Assembly: GCA_023402355.1 (NCBI GenBank)
Contig: JAEXCG010000179.1
Coordinates: forward strand, 27,637-91,636
Source: Bacillota bacterium
Lineage (GTDB): Bacteria > Bacillota > Clostridia > Christensenellales > Aristaeellaceae
Length of the DNA stretch: 64,000 nucleotides
Reading direction: 5' to 3'
In this document: positions 31,072-39,772 of the stretch, one piece after another
How positions within the stretch are numbered: the first letter of the stretch is position 1
How the letters are laid out: every line of letters starts with the position of its first letter
The notes under the pieces: model-generated
Told to the model about the DNA's origin: nothing
The model's database searches: none
Seen by the model: the letters and a program-made list of their open reading frames with translations, nothing else
Position numbers and translations under genes: made by a program

Positions 31072-31106
31072 CTAAAAAAGCGGGCAGGCGTTCACCGCCC
31101 GCCCGC
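31072..31106 (-). terminator. intercistronic rho-independent terminator/attenuator between the SBP and ATPase genes
   Basis: Minus strand: GCGGGCGGGCG-gtgaa-CGCCTGCCCGC followed by TTTTTTAGGG. Confidence 0.7.
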
Positions 31107-31131
31107 TCATTCGGACCTTATCTCGGAAGGT

Positions 31132-32190
31132 TTACTCGACGACGGTTACCTTCACGATGGTGCCCAGCGTGGTCACGTCCGCCGCGGTGTCCGCGTTGAT
31201 GACGTACTCGCCGGAAACGATCTTCGCGAACAGCTCGTCGTAGGCCGCCTGGTCAAAGTCGTTCAGCTTGCTGGTCGCCATCGGCAGCTGCACGCCGTTG
31301 TTGGCAGCGCTGAACACGGCGGTCTCTCCGCCCTTGAACTCGCCCGCGTAGATGGACGCGATCGCCGCCTCGACGGAAGCGGAGAGGCCCTTCATCGCGG
31401 AGGTGATGACCGTGTCGGATTCGCTGCTCTGGTCGACGTCGACGCCCACCACGAACTTGCCGGCCGCTTCGGCCGCCGCCATGACGGAGTTGCCGACCGC
31501 GCCGCCGCAGCCGAAGATCACTTCGACGCCGTCATTGTACCAGGAAGCCGCCAGCGTCTGGGCTTCGGGGGTCGCATCGAATCCGCCGGTGTAGTGATAG
31601 TTCATCGTGATTTCGGTAATGCCCATTTCCTCAGCGGCCTTCTCGGCGCCCTGCACGAAGCCGTAGCCGTAGCGGATAACGGCGGGAACCGCCATGCCGC
31701 CCATGAAGCCCAGCTTGGTGTAGCCGGCCTTGACGACCGCGTAGCCGGCGAGGAAGCCCGCCTCCTGCTCGGCATACAGAATCGGCATCACGTTCTTCTC
31801 GGTGCGGTAATCCGAATAGTCCGCGCTGTGCGGCTCGCCGTCCAGCAGGATGAAGTTGACCTCGGGGTAGATGTCCTGCGCGATGTAGATCGGCTCCTCA
31901 AACAGGAAGCCCGGCGTCACGATCGTCTTCGCGCCCGCGTTCACGGCCAAGTCGATCGCGGCCAGATACGCGTCCGTGGACTTCTCGGTCGGCTTATAAT
32001 ACTTGTGGGTGACGTTGTTGGCCTCGGCATACGCCACGACGCCTTCCCATGCGCCCTGGTTGAAGGACTTGTCATCGATGGTGCCAATATCGGTAATCAG
32101 AGCCAGATCGTAGGTATCCTCCGCCGCGACGAAGGAAACCATGCTCAGCACCATGACGAGCGCCAAGAACATAGAAGCAAGTTTCTTCAT
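31132..32190 (-). CDS. BMP-family (basic membrane protein/PnrA-like) ABC substrate-binding protein
   Basis: 352 aa. Signal peptide MKKLASMFLALVMVLSMVSFVAA, then LITDIGTIDDKSFNQGAWEG and GFMGGMAVPAV, which are typical BMP-family motifs. Confidence 0.85.
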   Translation of the reverse strand: MKKLASMFLALVMVLSMVSFVAAEDTYDLALITDIGTIDDKSFNQGAWEGVVAYAEANNVTHKYYKPTEKSTDAYLAAIDLAVNAGAKTIVTPGFLFEEPIYIAQDIYPEVNFILLDGEPHSADYSDYRTEKNVMPILYAEQEAGFLAGYAVVKAGYTKLGFMGGMAVPAVIRYGYGFVQGAEKAAEEMGITEITMNYHYTGGFDATPEAQTLAASWYNDGVEVIFGCGGAVGNSVMAAAEAAGKFVVGVDVDQSSESDTVITSAMKGLSASVEAAIASIYAGEFKGGETAVFSAANNGVQLPMATSKLNDFDQAAYDELFAKIVSGEYVINADTAADVTTLGTIVKVTVVE

Positions 32191-32253
32191 AACGAGAAAA
32201 CCTCCTTAGAATAATGCGCCGCCGGACGGGTATCCGGCAGCCTGTCCCTTTGT

Positions 32254-32282
32254 ATTGTAGCAGGTTTTGATCCCTTTTGGAA
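32254..32282 (-). promoter_or_regulatory. sigma-A type promoter of the ABC transporter operon
   Basis: Minus strand: TTCCAA (32277-32282), 17-nt spacer, TACAAT (32254-32259). The leader contains a GCCGGA-N6-TCCGGC hairpin. Confidence 0.5.
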
Positions 32283-32336
32283 GCGTCTTTTGACTGGAAA
32301 TATGAAAATATTTTAACAAGTTTCACAAATGCAGGC

Positions 32337-33191
32337 TCATTTTTTGAGTCCGGAGAAGCCTTCGCCCATCGCCTCGTGCACCTCGCTGACCGTGACGAAT
32401 GCGCGCTCGTCCTCCGAGGCGATGATCTCCCTTAGCTGCGTCATTTCGTTCTTGTTGATGACGCAAAAGACCATGCCCTTGTCCTCCCCGCTGTAGCTTC
32501 CGCGGGCGGAAAGCAGCGTCGCGCCCCGGTCCATCTCATGGTTGATCCGCTGGGCGATCCGGGCCGCCTGATCCGATATGATGAAGAACTGGTGCGCCGT
32601 GTTCCAGCCCTGCAGCACGATGTCCATCACCTTGGTGGAAATAAACAGGGCGATCAGCGCCCAAAGCGCCGCCTGCGGGTCGAACACCACGCCCGCCGCG
32701 CACACAACGATGCAGTCGATCCCGAAAAGAAAGGTGCCCACCGAGATGACGGGGAAGCGGTTATGTACGAGCTGCGCGGCCAGGTCCGTGCCGCCCGTCG
32801 TCGCGCCGCCGCGCAGCACCAGCCCCAAACCGATGCCCATTAAAATGCCGCCGTAAAGGCTGGCCAGCATCATGTCGTTCGTGACGGCCTGCTGGGGCAG
32901 AATGTCGATGCATAGCGAGAGCCCCAGCATCGACAGAAAAGACCGGAAGACGAACCTGCGCCCCACCGCCTTGTAGCCCACGAGGAAGAGCGGAATGTTC
33001 AGCACGGCGCTGAGCAGGCCGACCGGCCAGTGCGTGCCCGCGGCGATGAGCGTCGCGATGCCCGTCACGCCGCCGGGCGCGATGTCGTTGGGAATGAAGA
33101 ACTGCGAAAACGAGATGCCCGCGACCAGGCAGCCGAGCAGCATCTGCGCATAGGCCTTCCCCATGTTGACGAGCTTTTTTTTGTCCTGCAT
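32337..33191 (-). CDS. YitT-family membrane protein (with a DUF2179-like C-terminal domain)
   Basis: FIPNDIAPGGVTGIATLI ... GATTGGTDL, and a C-terminal soluble domain ending in VSEVHEAMGEGF. The ATG at 33191 has GAAGGAGA 8 nt upstream. The ORF-track start is a TTG. Confidence 0.8.
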   Translation of the reverse strand: MQDKKKLVNMGKAYAQMLLGCLVAGISFSQFFIPNDIAPGGVTGIATLIAAGTHWPVGLLSAVLNIPLFLVGYKAVGRRFVFRSFLSMLGLSLCIDILPQQAVTNDMMLASLYGGILMGIGLGLVLRGGATTGGTDLAAQLVHNRFPVISVGTFLFGIDCIVVCAAGVVFDPQAALWALIALFISTKVMDIVLQGWNTAHQFFIISDQAARIAQRINHEMDRGATLLSARGSYSGEDKGMVFCVINKNEMTQLREIIASEDERAFVTVSEVHEAMGEGFSGLKK

Positions 33192-33248
33192 GCGCGTTGT
33201 CTCCTTCAAAATCAGGGTGAGCGGGCGCGGAAAATCCGCGCCCGCAAT

Positions 33249-33602
33249 TTATGCCTCCTTCGGCGAAAAACCGAGCGATACGCGCATGGCGTCGTCAACG
33301 CTGCGCATCAGCTCCTCCGGGAGCTGGCCCACGCGGCGTCCAAGCCGCCGCTTTTCCAGCGTGCGCACCTGCTCGGCGAGAATCAGCGAATCCTTCATCA
33401 GCCCGCTTTCCCCTGCCGGTATCACGACGTGCGTGGGCAGCTTCGTCTTGCCCAGGCGCGAGGTGATCGCCAGCACGATGACCGTCGGGCTGTAGCGGTT
33501 CCCCATATCGTTTTGAATGATCAGCACGGGGCGAACCCCGCCCTGTTCAGACCCCACCACGGGGTCCAGGTCGGCAAAGTAAATTTCTCCGCGTTTGAAC
33601 AT
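33249..33602 (-). CDS. mazF: MazF/EndoA-type mRNA interferase toxin
   Basis: MFKRGEIYFADLDPVVGSEQGGVRPVLIIQNDMGNRYSPTVIVLAITS...KLPTHV closely resembles Bacillus EndoA/MazF. Confidence 0.9.
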   Translation of the reverse strand: MFKRGEIYFADLDPVVGSEQGGVRPVLIIQNDMGNRYSPTVIVLAITSRLGKTKLPTHVVIPAGESGLMKDSLILAEQVRTLEKRRLGRRVGQLPEELMRSVDDAMRVSLGFSPKEA

Positions 33603-33709
33603 GGCCTACCACACTCCGAAAGCATGCTTCGGCCCCGTTCCCCTGCCTTATATTCTATGTGCGCGCGCCGAGGCGGTTCGACCCAATCTTTTTGGGTGCT
33701 ACCCGCCGC

Positions 33710-35179
33710 TTACAGGCTGCCCGCGATGTCGAGCGCAGTCACCTGCCGCGTGCCCAGCCTTCCCTCCGCGCGCCGCCCCGCCTGCGCGTGCCAGAGCGCC
33801 GCCGCCCGCGCCGCCTCGTAAGGCGCCATGCCCTGGCAGAGCAGCGCGCCCACGACGCCCGACAGGACGTCCCCGCTGCCCCCGGTCGCCATCGCGCAGG
33901 TGCCCCGGGGCATCAGCGTGACGCCCTGCCCGCCCGCGATGACCGTGGTCGCGCCCTTGAGCAGCGCGACCGCGCCGGTCTTTTGCGCCAGCGCCTTCGC
34001 CGCCTCCACCGGGGATTGCAGCACCCGCGAAACGTCCGTATCGAGCAGGCGCGCCGCTTCGCCGGGATGCGGCGTGAGGACGGTGTTTGCGCCGGGGAGC
34101 AGTCCGCCCAAAGCCATGACGTTGAGCGCGTCGGCATCGAGCACCTTCGGCACGTCGCTTTGAATGAGCGTGCGAATGGCCGCCCCTGCGCCCGGCCGCT
34201 GCGACAGGCCCGGCCCCGCCACGGCAGCCTGTTTTCCCCGCAAAAGCGCCTCGATGCGCGGGCCTGCCTGCGCGGCCAAAGCCCCGTCTTCCTCCGGCAT
34301 CGGGGCAGCCATGGCGCAAAACGCCTGCGCTTGCAGCGCGCCCAAGACGTCGCCCACGCACGCCGTCGTCACGAGCCCCGCGCCCGCGCGCAGCGCGCCC
34401 AGCGTGCACAGCACCGCCGCGCCCGCCATGCCGCGCGAGCCCGCGACCACCAGCAGGTGCCCGCAGGTGCCCTTATGCGCGTCCGCGGCCCGGGGCGGGA
34501 TCAGCGCGTCGCCGTCCTCCAGCACGTCCATGCCCTCCGCCCGATCCAGCGCGGACGGAATGCCGATGTCCGCGACCGTAAGCCTGCCCGAAAGTTCCCG
34601 TCCCGGGCTGAGGAAGTGCCCCGGCTTGGGGCGGTGAAACGTCACCGTCTCCCGCGCCCTCACGGCGCGGTCCAGCACGCGCCCGGTCGCGCCGTCCACG
34701 CCGGAGGGAATGTCCACCGCGATCACCGGCAGGCCGCTCTCGTCGATCCGCTCGATCACTTTGGCATAGACGCCCGCGACGTCCCGCGAAAGCCCGGTGC
34801 CGAAGAGAGCGTCCACCACCGCCGCGGCGTCCCCGAGCGGCAATCCCTCCTCGGCCGGGACGATGGCGATGCCGAGCTTCCCGCAAAGCGCCGCGTTGAC
34901 CTTCGCGTCCCCCGAGAGCGCTTCGACCGGCGCCGCGGCGCAGCAGACGGCCTCGCCGCCCATCTGCCGCCAGAGGCGCGCCGCCGCGTAACCGTCCCCG
35001 CCGTTTCCGCCCGCGCCGCAGGCGAAGAGCACGCACGCATCCTGCGGTACATGCCGCAGGAGCGCCTGTGCGACCGCCTGCGCCGCGTGCTCCATCAGCA
35101 GCAGCGAGGGATAGCCCGTCGCTCCCATGAAATCCTGCTCCAGCGCCCGCATCGCGCAGGGCGTGACCGTGTGCAGCAT
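33710..35179 (-). CDS. nnr: bifunctional NAD(P)H-hydrate epimerase / ADP-dependent dehydratase (YjeF family)
   Basis: 489 aa. CGAGGNGGDGY is the YjeF_N motif. The C-terminal carbohydrate-kinase-like half contains GGSGDVLSG. Confidence 0.9.
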   Translation of the reverse strand: MLHTVTPCAMRALEQDFMGATGYPSLLLMEHAAQAVAQALLRHVPQDACVLFACGAGGNGGDGYAAARLWRQMGGEAVCCAAAPVEALSGDAKVNAALCGKLGIAIVPAEEGLPLGDAAAVVDALFGTGLSRDVAGVYAKVIERIDESGLPVIAVDIPSGVDGATGRVLDRAVRARETVTFHRPKPGHFLSPGRELSGRLTVADIGIPSALDRAEGMDVLEDGDALIPPRAADAHKGTCGHLLVVAGSRGMAGAAVLCTLGALRAGAGLVTTACVGDVLGALQAQAFCAMAAPMPEEDGALAAQAGPRIEALLRGKQAAVAGPGLSQRPGAGAAIRTLIQSDVPKVLDADALNVMALGGLLPGANTVLTPHPGEAARLLDTDVSRVLQSPVEAAKALAQKTGAVALLKGATTVIAGGQGVTLMPRGTCAMATGGSGDVLSGVVGALLCQGMAPYEAARAAALWHAQAGRRAEGRLGTRQVTALDIAGSL

Positions 35180-35181
35180 CT

Positions 35182-35550
35182 TTATCCCTCCGCAACCGCC
35201 ATGGCCACCGCCATGCCGCCGTCGTGTGATATGGAAAGGTGCATCCGCGCGCCGCCCAGCTCAGCCAGGCGCTTTGCGGCCGCCCCCGCGAGGACGGCCT
35301 GCGGAGCGCCCGACTCCGTATGCGAGACGCCCACGTCGCGCAGGGGAATCATAAGCCCCGTGCCCAGCGCCTTGAGCATCGCTTCCTTGGCCGCGAAGAT
35401 GCCCGCCGCGCTTTGATCGCGCATGCCGCCTCTTTCCGAAAGGTAGGCGCGCTCCTCCTGCGTGAAACAGCGCGACAAAAAGGCTTCCTTTTGAATCGCC
35501 CGGCCGATGCGCTCGATCTCGCAGAGGTCCACCCCGACGCCTACGATCAT
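35182..35550 (-). CDS. acpS: holo-[acyl-carrier-protein] synthase
   Basis: MIVGVGVDLCEIERI ... FAAKEAMLKALGTG ... LSISHD (122 aa). ATGA overlap with the upstream gene. The longer ORF-track N-terminus is R/G-rich and I rejected it. Confidence 0.9.
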   Translation of the reverse strand: MIVGVGVDLCEIERIGRAIQKEAFLSRCFTQEERAYLSERGGMRDQSAAGIFAAKEAMLKALGTGLMIPLRDVGVSHTESGAPQAVLAGAAAKRLAELGGARMHLSISHDGGMAVAMAVAEG

Positions 35551-36476
35551 GCTTCTTCCTTCGCCGCCGTCACGGCGTTGGCGATGGCGCGCGCCATGAC
35601 CTCCGCCGCCGCCGCGCAGAGCATCAGGAACGGCAGCCTGCCCTTTTGCTGGCCCGTCGCCATCGAAAAGATCGTGTCGCCGTCCATCATCGTGTGGACG
35701 GGCCGAATCGCGCGGGCATAGCCGTCGTGCGCCGAGAGCGCGAGGCGGTTTGCCTCCTCCTTGCTCAGCTTCGCATCCGTCGCGATGACGCCGAGGGTCG
35801 TGTTCTCGCCGATGTGTCCCTCCAGCCGCGCGCCCGTCAGCGCCGCCTGCGCGGGCGACGGCCTGCCGCCCAGATGCCCGCACGCGAGAATCGCGCCGCT
35901 CTGCGGGTCGTACACGTCGCCGCAGGCGTTCACGCAGACGATCGCGCCCACGTGCACCCCGTCGGCCAGCGTGATGCTCGCCGTGCCGGTGCCTCCGCGC
36001 GCCGGCGTCGCCCCCGGCACCAGCTTGCCCACCGTCGCCCCGCAGCCCGCGCCGTAAGCGCCCTGCCGCACGACGTTTCCGGCCACCCGGCAGGCCGCGT
36101 AGCCCATGTCCGGCCCCGGCCGCACGTCTGAACGCCCGACGCCCAGGTCGAAGAGCACCGCCGCAGGCACGATCGGCACGCGGCAGACGCCCACGTCCAT
36201 GCCCTCGCCCAGCTCTTCAAAGAAGCGCATCGCGCCGTCCGCCGCCGCCAGCCCGTAGGCGCTGCCGCCGCAGAGCAGCACGGCGTTCGGGCCCTTAACC
36301 AGGTTGCCCGGGCGCAGCAGGTCCGTTTCGCGCGTGCCCGGGGCCGCGCCGCGTACGTCCACGCCGCCGACCGTCTCCGGCGGGCAGAGCACCGCCGTCA
36401 CGCCCGTGCGCGCCTCGCGCACCTCCACCTGTCCGACCGTAATGCCGATCACGTCCGTAATGCTTCCTTCATACAT
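35547..36476 (-). CDS. P1/S58 (DmpA-like) family aminopeptidase
   Basis: 309 aa. GITVGQVEV..TGVTAVL ... GGSAYGL ... NTTLGVIATDA, a self-processing Ntn-type signature. Confidence 0.8.
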   Translation of the reverse strand: MYEGSITDVIGITVGQVEVREARTGVTAVLCPPETVGGVDVRGAAPGTRETDLLRPGNLVKGPNAVLLCGGSAYGLAAADGAMRFFEELGEGMDVGVCRVPIVPAAVLFDLGVGRSDVRPGPDMGYAACRVAGNVVRQGAYGAGCGATVGKLVPGATPARGGTGTASITLADGVHVGAIVCVNACGDVYDPQSGAILACGHLGGRPSPAQAALTGARLEGHIGENTTLGVIATDAKLSKEEANRLALSAHDGYARAIRPVHTMMDGDTIFSMATGQQKGRLPFLMLCAAAAEVMARAIANAVTAAKEEA

Positions 36477-37434
36477 ATCCCATCACTCCTCTTACCGATA
36501 CGTCTCCCGCGAGCACGGTGCGCGTATCGCCGTCCTGCGTCTTCACGATCAGCGCGCCCTGCGCGTCTATGTCCTGCGCCGTGCCGACGAACGCCTCTCC
36601 CGCCCCGACGACGCGCACGCGCTGCCCCAGCGTGACGGAGCGCGCGCGGTAATCGCCGATCCATTCCGCCTCGCCGCTGCGCTCAAACATCGCGTACCGC
36701 CGCTCAAAGCTTTCAAGAAACGCCCGCACCAGCTCCGCGCGGAGCACCCGCCGTCCGCACGCATCGTCCACGCAGGTCGCCGTCCGGCAAAGCTCGGGCG
36801 GGCAGGCGTGTACGTTGATGCCCGCGCCCGCGACGATGAACTGCACCTGCGCCTCGTCCGCGCTCATCTCCAGCAGAATGCCGCAGACCTTTTTCCCGTT
36901 CATGACCACGTCGTTGGGCCACTTGATGCCGGCCTTTGCGCCGCTGGCCGCTTCGATGCCCTCCGCCACGGCGAGCGCCGTGAGCAGCGTTAGCTGCGCG
37001 ACCTGCGACGGATGCGCCTTCGGGCGCAGCAGCAGCGTCATAAAGATGCCCGCGTCCTCCGGTGACTCCCACGTCCGCCCACGCCTGCCCCGCCCCGCCG
37101 TCTGCGTACCCGAAAGCGCGAGGGTGCCGTGCGGGGCGTCCTGCACGGCCAAGCGCTTGCACCAAAGGTTCGTCGAATCCACGCTCTGCTGGTATAAGAC
37201 CGGGCGTCCGGCCCACTCGGTCTTGAGCCCCCGCTCCACCAGCGGCGCGTCAAGCGCGTCCGGGCAGGAAAGCAGCCTGTAGCCGCGCTTTCCCTCCGCC
37301 TCGATCCGATAGCCCGCCGCGCGCAGCTGTTCCACCTGTTTCCACACCGCCGCCCGCGTCACGCCCAGCCTCTCGCTGATCTGCGCGCCCGACACGACGC
37401 CGCCCGAAAGCAGCAGGCGAAGCACCTCCTCCAT
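36469..37434 (-). CDS. birA: bifunctional biotin-[acetyl-CoA-carboxylase] ligase / biotin operon repressor
   Basis: N-terminal HTH (SGAQISERLGVTRAAVWKQVEQLR), GRGRRGRTWESP, and KWPNDV. Confidence 0.9.
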   Translation of the reverse strand: MEEVLRLLLSGGVVSGAQISERLGVTRAAVWKQVEQLRAAGYRIEAEGKRGYRLLSCPDALDAPLVERGLKTEWAGRPVLYQQSVDSTNLWCKRLAVQDAPHGTLALSGTQTAGRGRRGRTWESPEDAGIFMTLLLRPKAHPSQVAQLTLLTALAVAEGIEAASGAKAGIKWPNDVVMNGKKVCGILLEMSADEAQVQFIVAGAGINVHACPPELCRTATCVDDACGRRVLRAELVRAFLESFERRYAMFERSGEAEWIGDYRARSVTLGQRVRVVGAGEAFVGTAQDIDAQGALIVKTQDGDTRTVLAGDVSVRGVMGYV

Positions 37435-37554
37435 TTAGACGCCTCCCTCATGGAATGTATAGGATATTATAACACAGCTTAGGTGGAACCTCAAACCTGC
37501 GGCGGAAAAAGCAGGGATTTCTTCCTTCCATCCGTTGAATAGCGGGAACGAAGC

Positions 37555-37583
37555 TTGTCAAAGCCCCTCCTTTTCCGTATAAT
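37555..37583 (+). promoter_or_regulatory. sigma-A type promoter for the MoxR operon
   Basis: TTGTCA (37555-37560), 17-nt spacer, TATAAT (37578-37583). Confidence 0.55.
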
Positions 37584-37655
37584 TTAAGTTCAGGTTGCGA
37601 TACTCACTATACGATTCCCTCAACGTATGAAAATAAACAAAGGAGAATATGCGCT

Positions 37656-38603
37656 ATGCCTCAGCCAAGCCGGATCATACAGGCGCTCAAGGAAAACATC
37701 GCGACGGTCATCGTCGGAAAGGACGAGGTCGTCCACCTCGCGCTCATCGCGCTGCTGTGCGGCGGCCACGTGCTGATCGAGGACGTGCCGGGCGTAGGCA
37801 AAACCACGCTTTGCAGCGCGCTCGCCCGCTCGCTCGCCTGCTCCTTCAAGCGCATTCAGTTTACGCCCGACGTCATCCCCTCCGACATTACGGGCTTTTC
37901 CGCGGCGAACATGAAGACCGGTGAGATGGAATACCGTCCAGGCGCGGTCATGAGCCAGATCGTCCTCGCGGACGAGATCAACCGCACCTCGCCGAAGACG
38001 CAAAGCGCGCTGCTCGAGGTCATGGAGGAGCATCAGGTCACGGTGGACGGCACCACCTACCGCCTGCCCGAGCCCTTCATGGTGCTCGCCACGCAGAACC
38101 CCGTCGACTTCGTCGGCACCTATCCGCTGCCGGAGGCGCAGATGGACCGCTTCTTCATGCGCATCGCCATCGGCTATCCCTCTGTGGAGGACGAGATGGA
38201 GATTCTGGAGCGCTACAGCCTGCCGACCTCTCCGCTTTCCACCCTGCAGCCCGTCTGCTACGCGGAGGACGTCATCGCCATGCAGGCTGAGGTAAAGAAC
38301 ATCTATTGCTCGCGCGAGGTGCGCTCCTACGTGGCGAACCTGTGCGCGGCGACGCGCAATCACCCCGCGCTGCAGCTCGGCGTCTCCACCCGCGCCGCCA
38401 TCGCGCTCATCCACGCGGCGCAGGCGACCGCGCTGCTAAGCGGGCGCGACTTCATCTTGCCGGACGACGTGCAGCAGATGGCGCACGCGGTGCTCTGCCA
38501 TCGCATGATCCTGTCGCCTGAGGCACGCATGAAGGATCAGACGACGGAGCAGGTGCTCACCGACATCCTCGCGCGGGTGAAGCTGCCGGTGAAGCTGCCG
38601 TGA
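37656..38603 (+). CDS. MoxR-family AAA+ ATPase
   Basis: 315 aa. VLIEDVPGVGKTTL (Walker A), VLADEINR (Walker B), ATQNP. Confidence 0.92.
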   Translation: MPQPSRIIQALKENIATVIVGKDEVVHLALIALLCGGHVLIEDVPGVGKTTLCSALARSLACSFKRIQFTPDVIPSDITGFSAANMKTGEMEYRPGAVMSQIVLADEINRTSPKTQSALLEVMEEHQVTVDGTTYRLPEPFMVLATQNPVDFVGTYPLPEAQMDRFFMRIAIGYPSVEDEMEILERYSLPTSPLSTLQPVCYAEDVIAMQAEVKNIYCSREVRSYVANLCAATRNHPALQLGVSTRAAIALIHAAQATALLSGRDFILPDDVQQMAHAVLCHRMILSPEARMKDQTTEQVLTDILARVKLPVKLP

Positions 38604-39772
38604 CGGGGCGTTTCGCGGCGCTGCTGCTCTCGGCCCTGTCCCTTTTCGCGGCGGCGCTCTCGACCGGCGGGGCCTTTTACTACCTCTTCTTTCTCCTGCT
38701 CGCGACCGCGGGGGCGCTGTCGCTCGTAAGCGTCGTGTGCGCCTATGCGCTCGCGCGATTTTCCTGCGAGCTGGAACGCTCCCGCGTCACGCGCGGGGAC
38801 GACGCCATTCTGCTGTGCACCCTGCACCTGCGCATTCCCCTGCCCATCGCCCCGCTTCGTCTGAAGGTCGTCCCGCCGGACGGGGGCGAGGGCTACACCG
38901 TCGCGGCGAACGTGCGCTCCTTCGGCGCCAGCGTCACCCGCCATCAGTTTCCCTGCATTCACGTGGGCACGTACGCCTGCGGCGTCGAATACGTCGTCTT
39001 TTCCGACGCGCTGGGCCTCTTTGCGCTCAGGAAGAAGTGCGCGGACGGGCTGCTGACGCTCTTCGTCCTCCCCGACGTCCTGAGGGAGCCCCCGCTTCGG
39101 TTCAGCCCGGACGATTCGGGCGACGACAAGATGGCCCGTGCGCGCGACGACGCCACGTCCCCCGCCGATACGCGCGCCTATCAGGAGGGCGACGAGCTAC
39201 GGCGCGTCCACTGGAAGCTCAGCCTTCGCCGCGGCTCCCTGATGGTGCGCACGTTTGAGGAGCCCGCCCGCCCGGACGCGCTCGTGCTCATGGATTGTTC
39301 GCCCCCCGCCGCCCTGGGCGAGACGGCGCTGTACATGCAAGACGCCCTGTGCGAGAGCGCGGCGTCCGTCGCCGCCGTACAGCTCGCCGCCTCGCACATC
39401 GTGCGCATTCCGCTCTCCTGCCGCCATCCGCGCGAGCTCACGGGCGACCACAGCGCTCAGCTTCCGCTGATTCTGGAGGGGCTTGCGGGCGCAGCGTTCG
39501 ACGGCACGGATCACTTCGAGCGGGTGCTCATGCTCGAAACGCGCCGCATGCGCCGCACGGGCTCGACCGCCATTCTCACCACGCATATGTCCAGCCGCAT
39601 CGCGGATATGGTCATCCAAATCCGGCGCATGGGCCCGCAGGTGCGCCTCATCTTCGTGCACGTAAACGATCTGACGGAAGAAAGCGCGCTTTTGCTCAGC
39701 CGGGTCGAATGCGCGGACATCGAGGTGGAAACCGTCATGCTCATCGACGAAAGCGAGGCGGCAAGCGCATGA
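38600..39772 (+). CDS. DUF58-family (vWA-like) protein
   Basis: 390 aa. Two N-terminal TM helices and YQEGDELRRVHWKLSLRRGSLMVRTFE, the DUF58 signature. GTGA overlap with the MoxR gene. Confidence 0.85.
   Translation: MTGRFAALLLSALSLFAAALSTGGAFYYLFFLLLATAGALSLVSVVCAYALARFSCELERSRVTRGDDAILLCTLHLRIPLPIAPLRLKVVPPDGGEGYTVAANVRSFGASVTRHQFPCIHVGTYACGVEYVVFSDALGLFALRKKCADGLLTLFVLPDVLREPPLRFSPDDSGDDKMARARDDATSPADTRAYQEGDELRRVHWKLSLRRGSLMVRTFEEPARPDALVLMDCSPPAALGETALYMQDALCESAASVAAVQLAASHIVRIPLSCRHPRELTGDHSAQLPLILEGLAGAAFDGTDHFERVLMLETRRMRRTGSTAILTTHMSSRIADMVIQIRRMGPQVRLIFVHVNDLTEESALLLSRVECADIEVETVMLIDESEAASA

Noticed and set aside
33221-33245. A GC-rich hairpin (GCGGGCGCGG-aaaa-TCCGCGCCCGC) between mazF and the YitT-family gene.
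   Set aside because: No U-tract directly follows it on the coding (minus) strand. It could be a weak terminator or a stabiliser, so I did not annotate it.
35551-35883. A 111-codon N-terminal extension of the acpS ORF.
   Set aside because: It overlaps the S58 peptidase gene out of frame and is R/G-rich. The canonical AcpS starts at MIVGVGVD with an ATGA overlap.
39295-39768. A 158-codon N-terminal extension of the transglutaminase ORF in the ORF track.
   Set aside because: It overlaps the DUF58 gene in another frame and is Arg/Ala/His-rich. The ATGA-coupled Met (MKRRNPGLL) followed by TM helices is the credible start.
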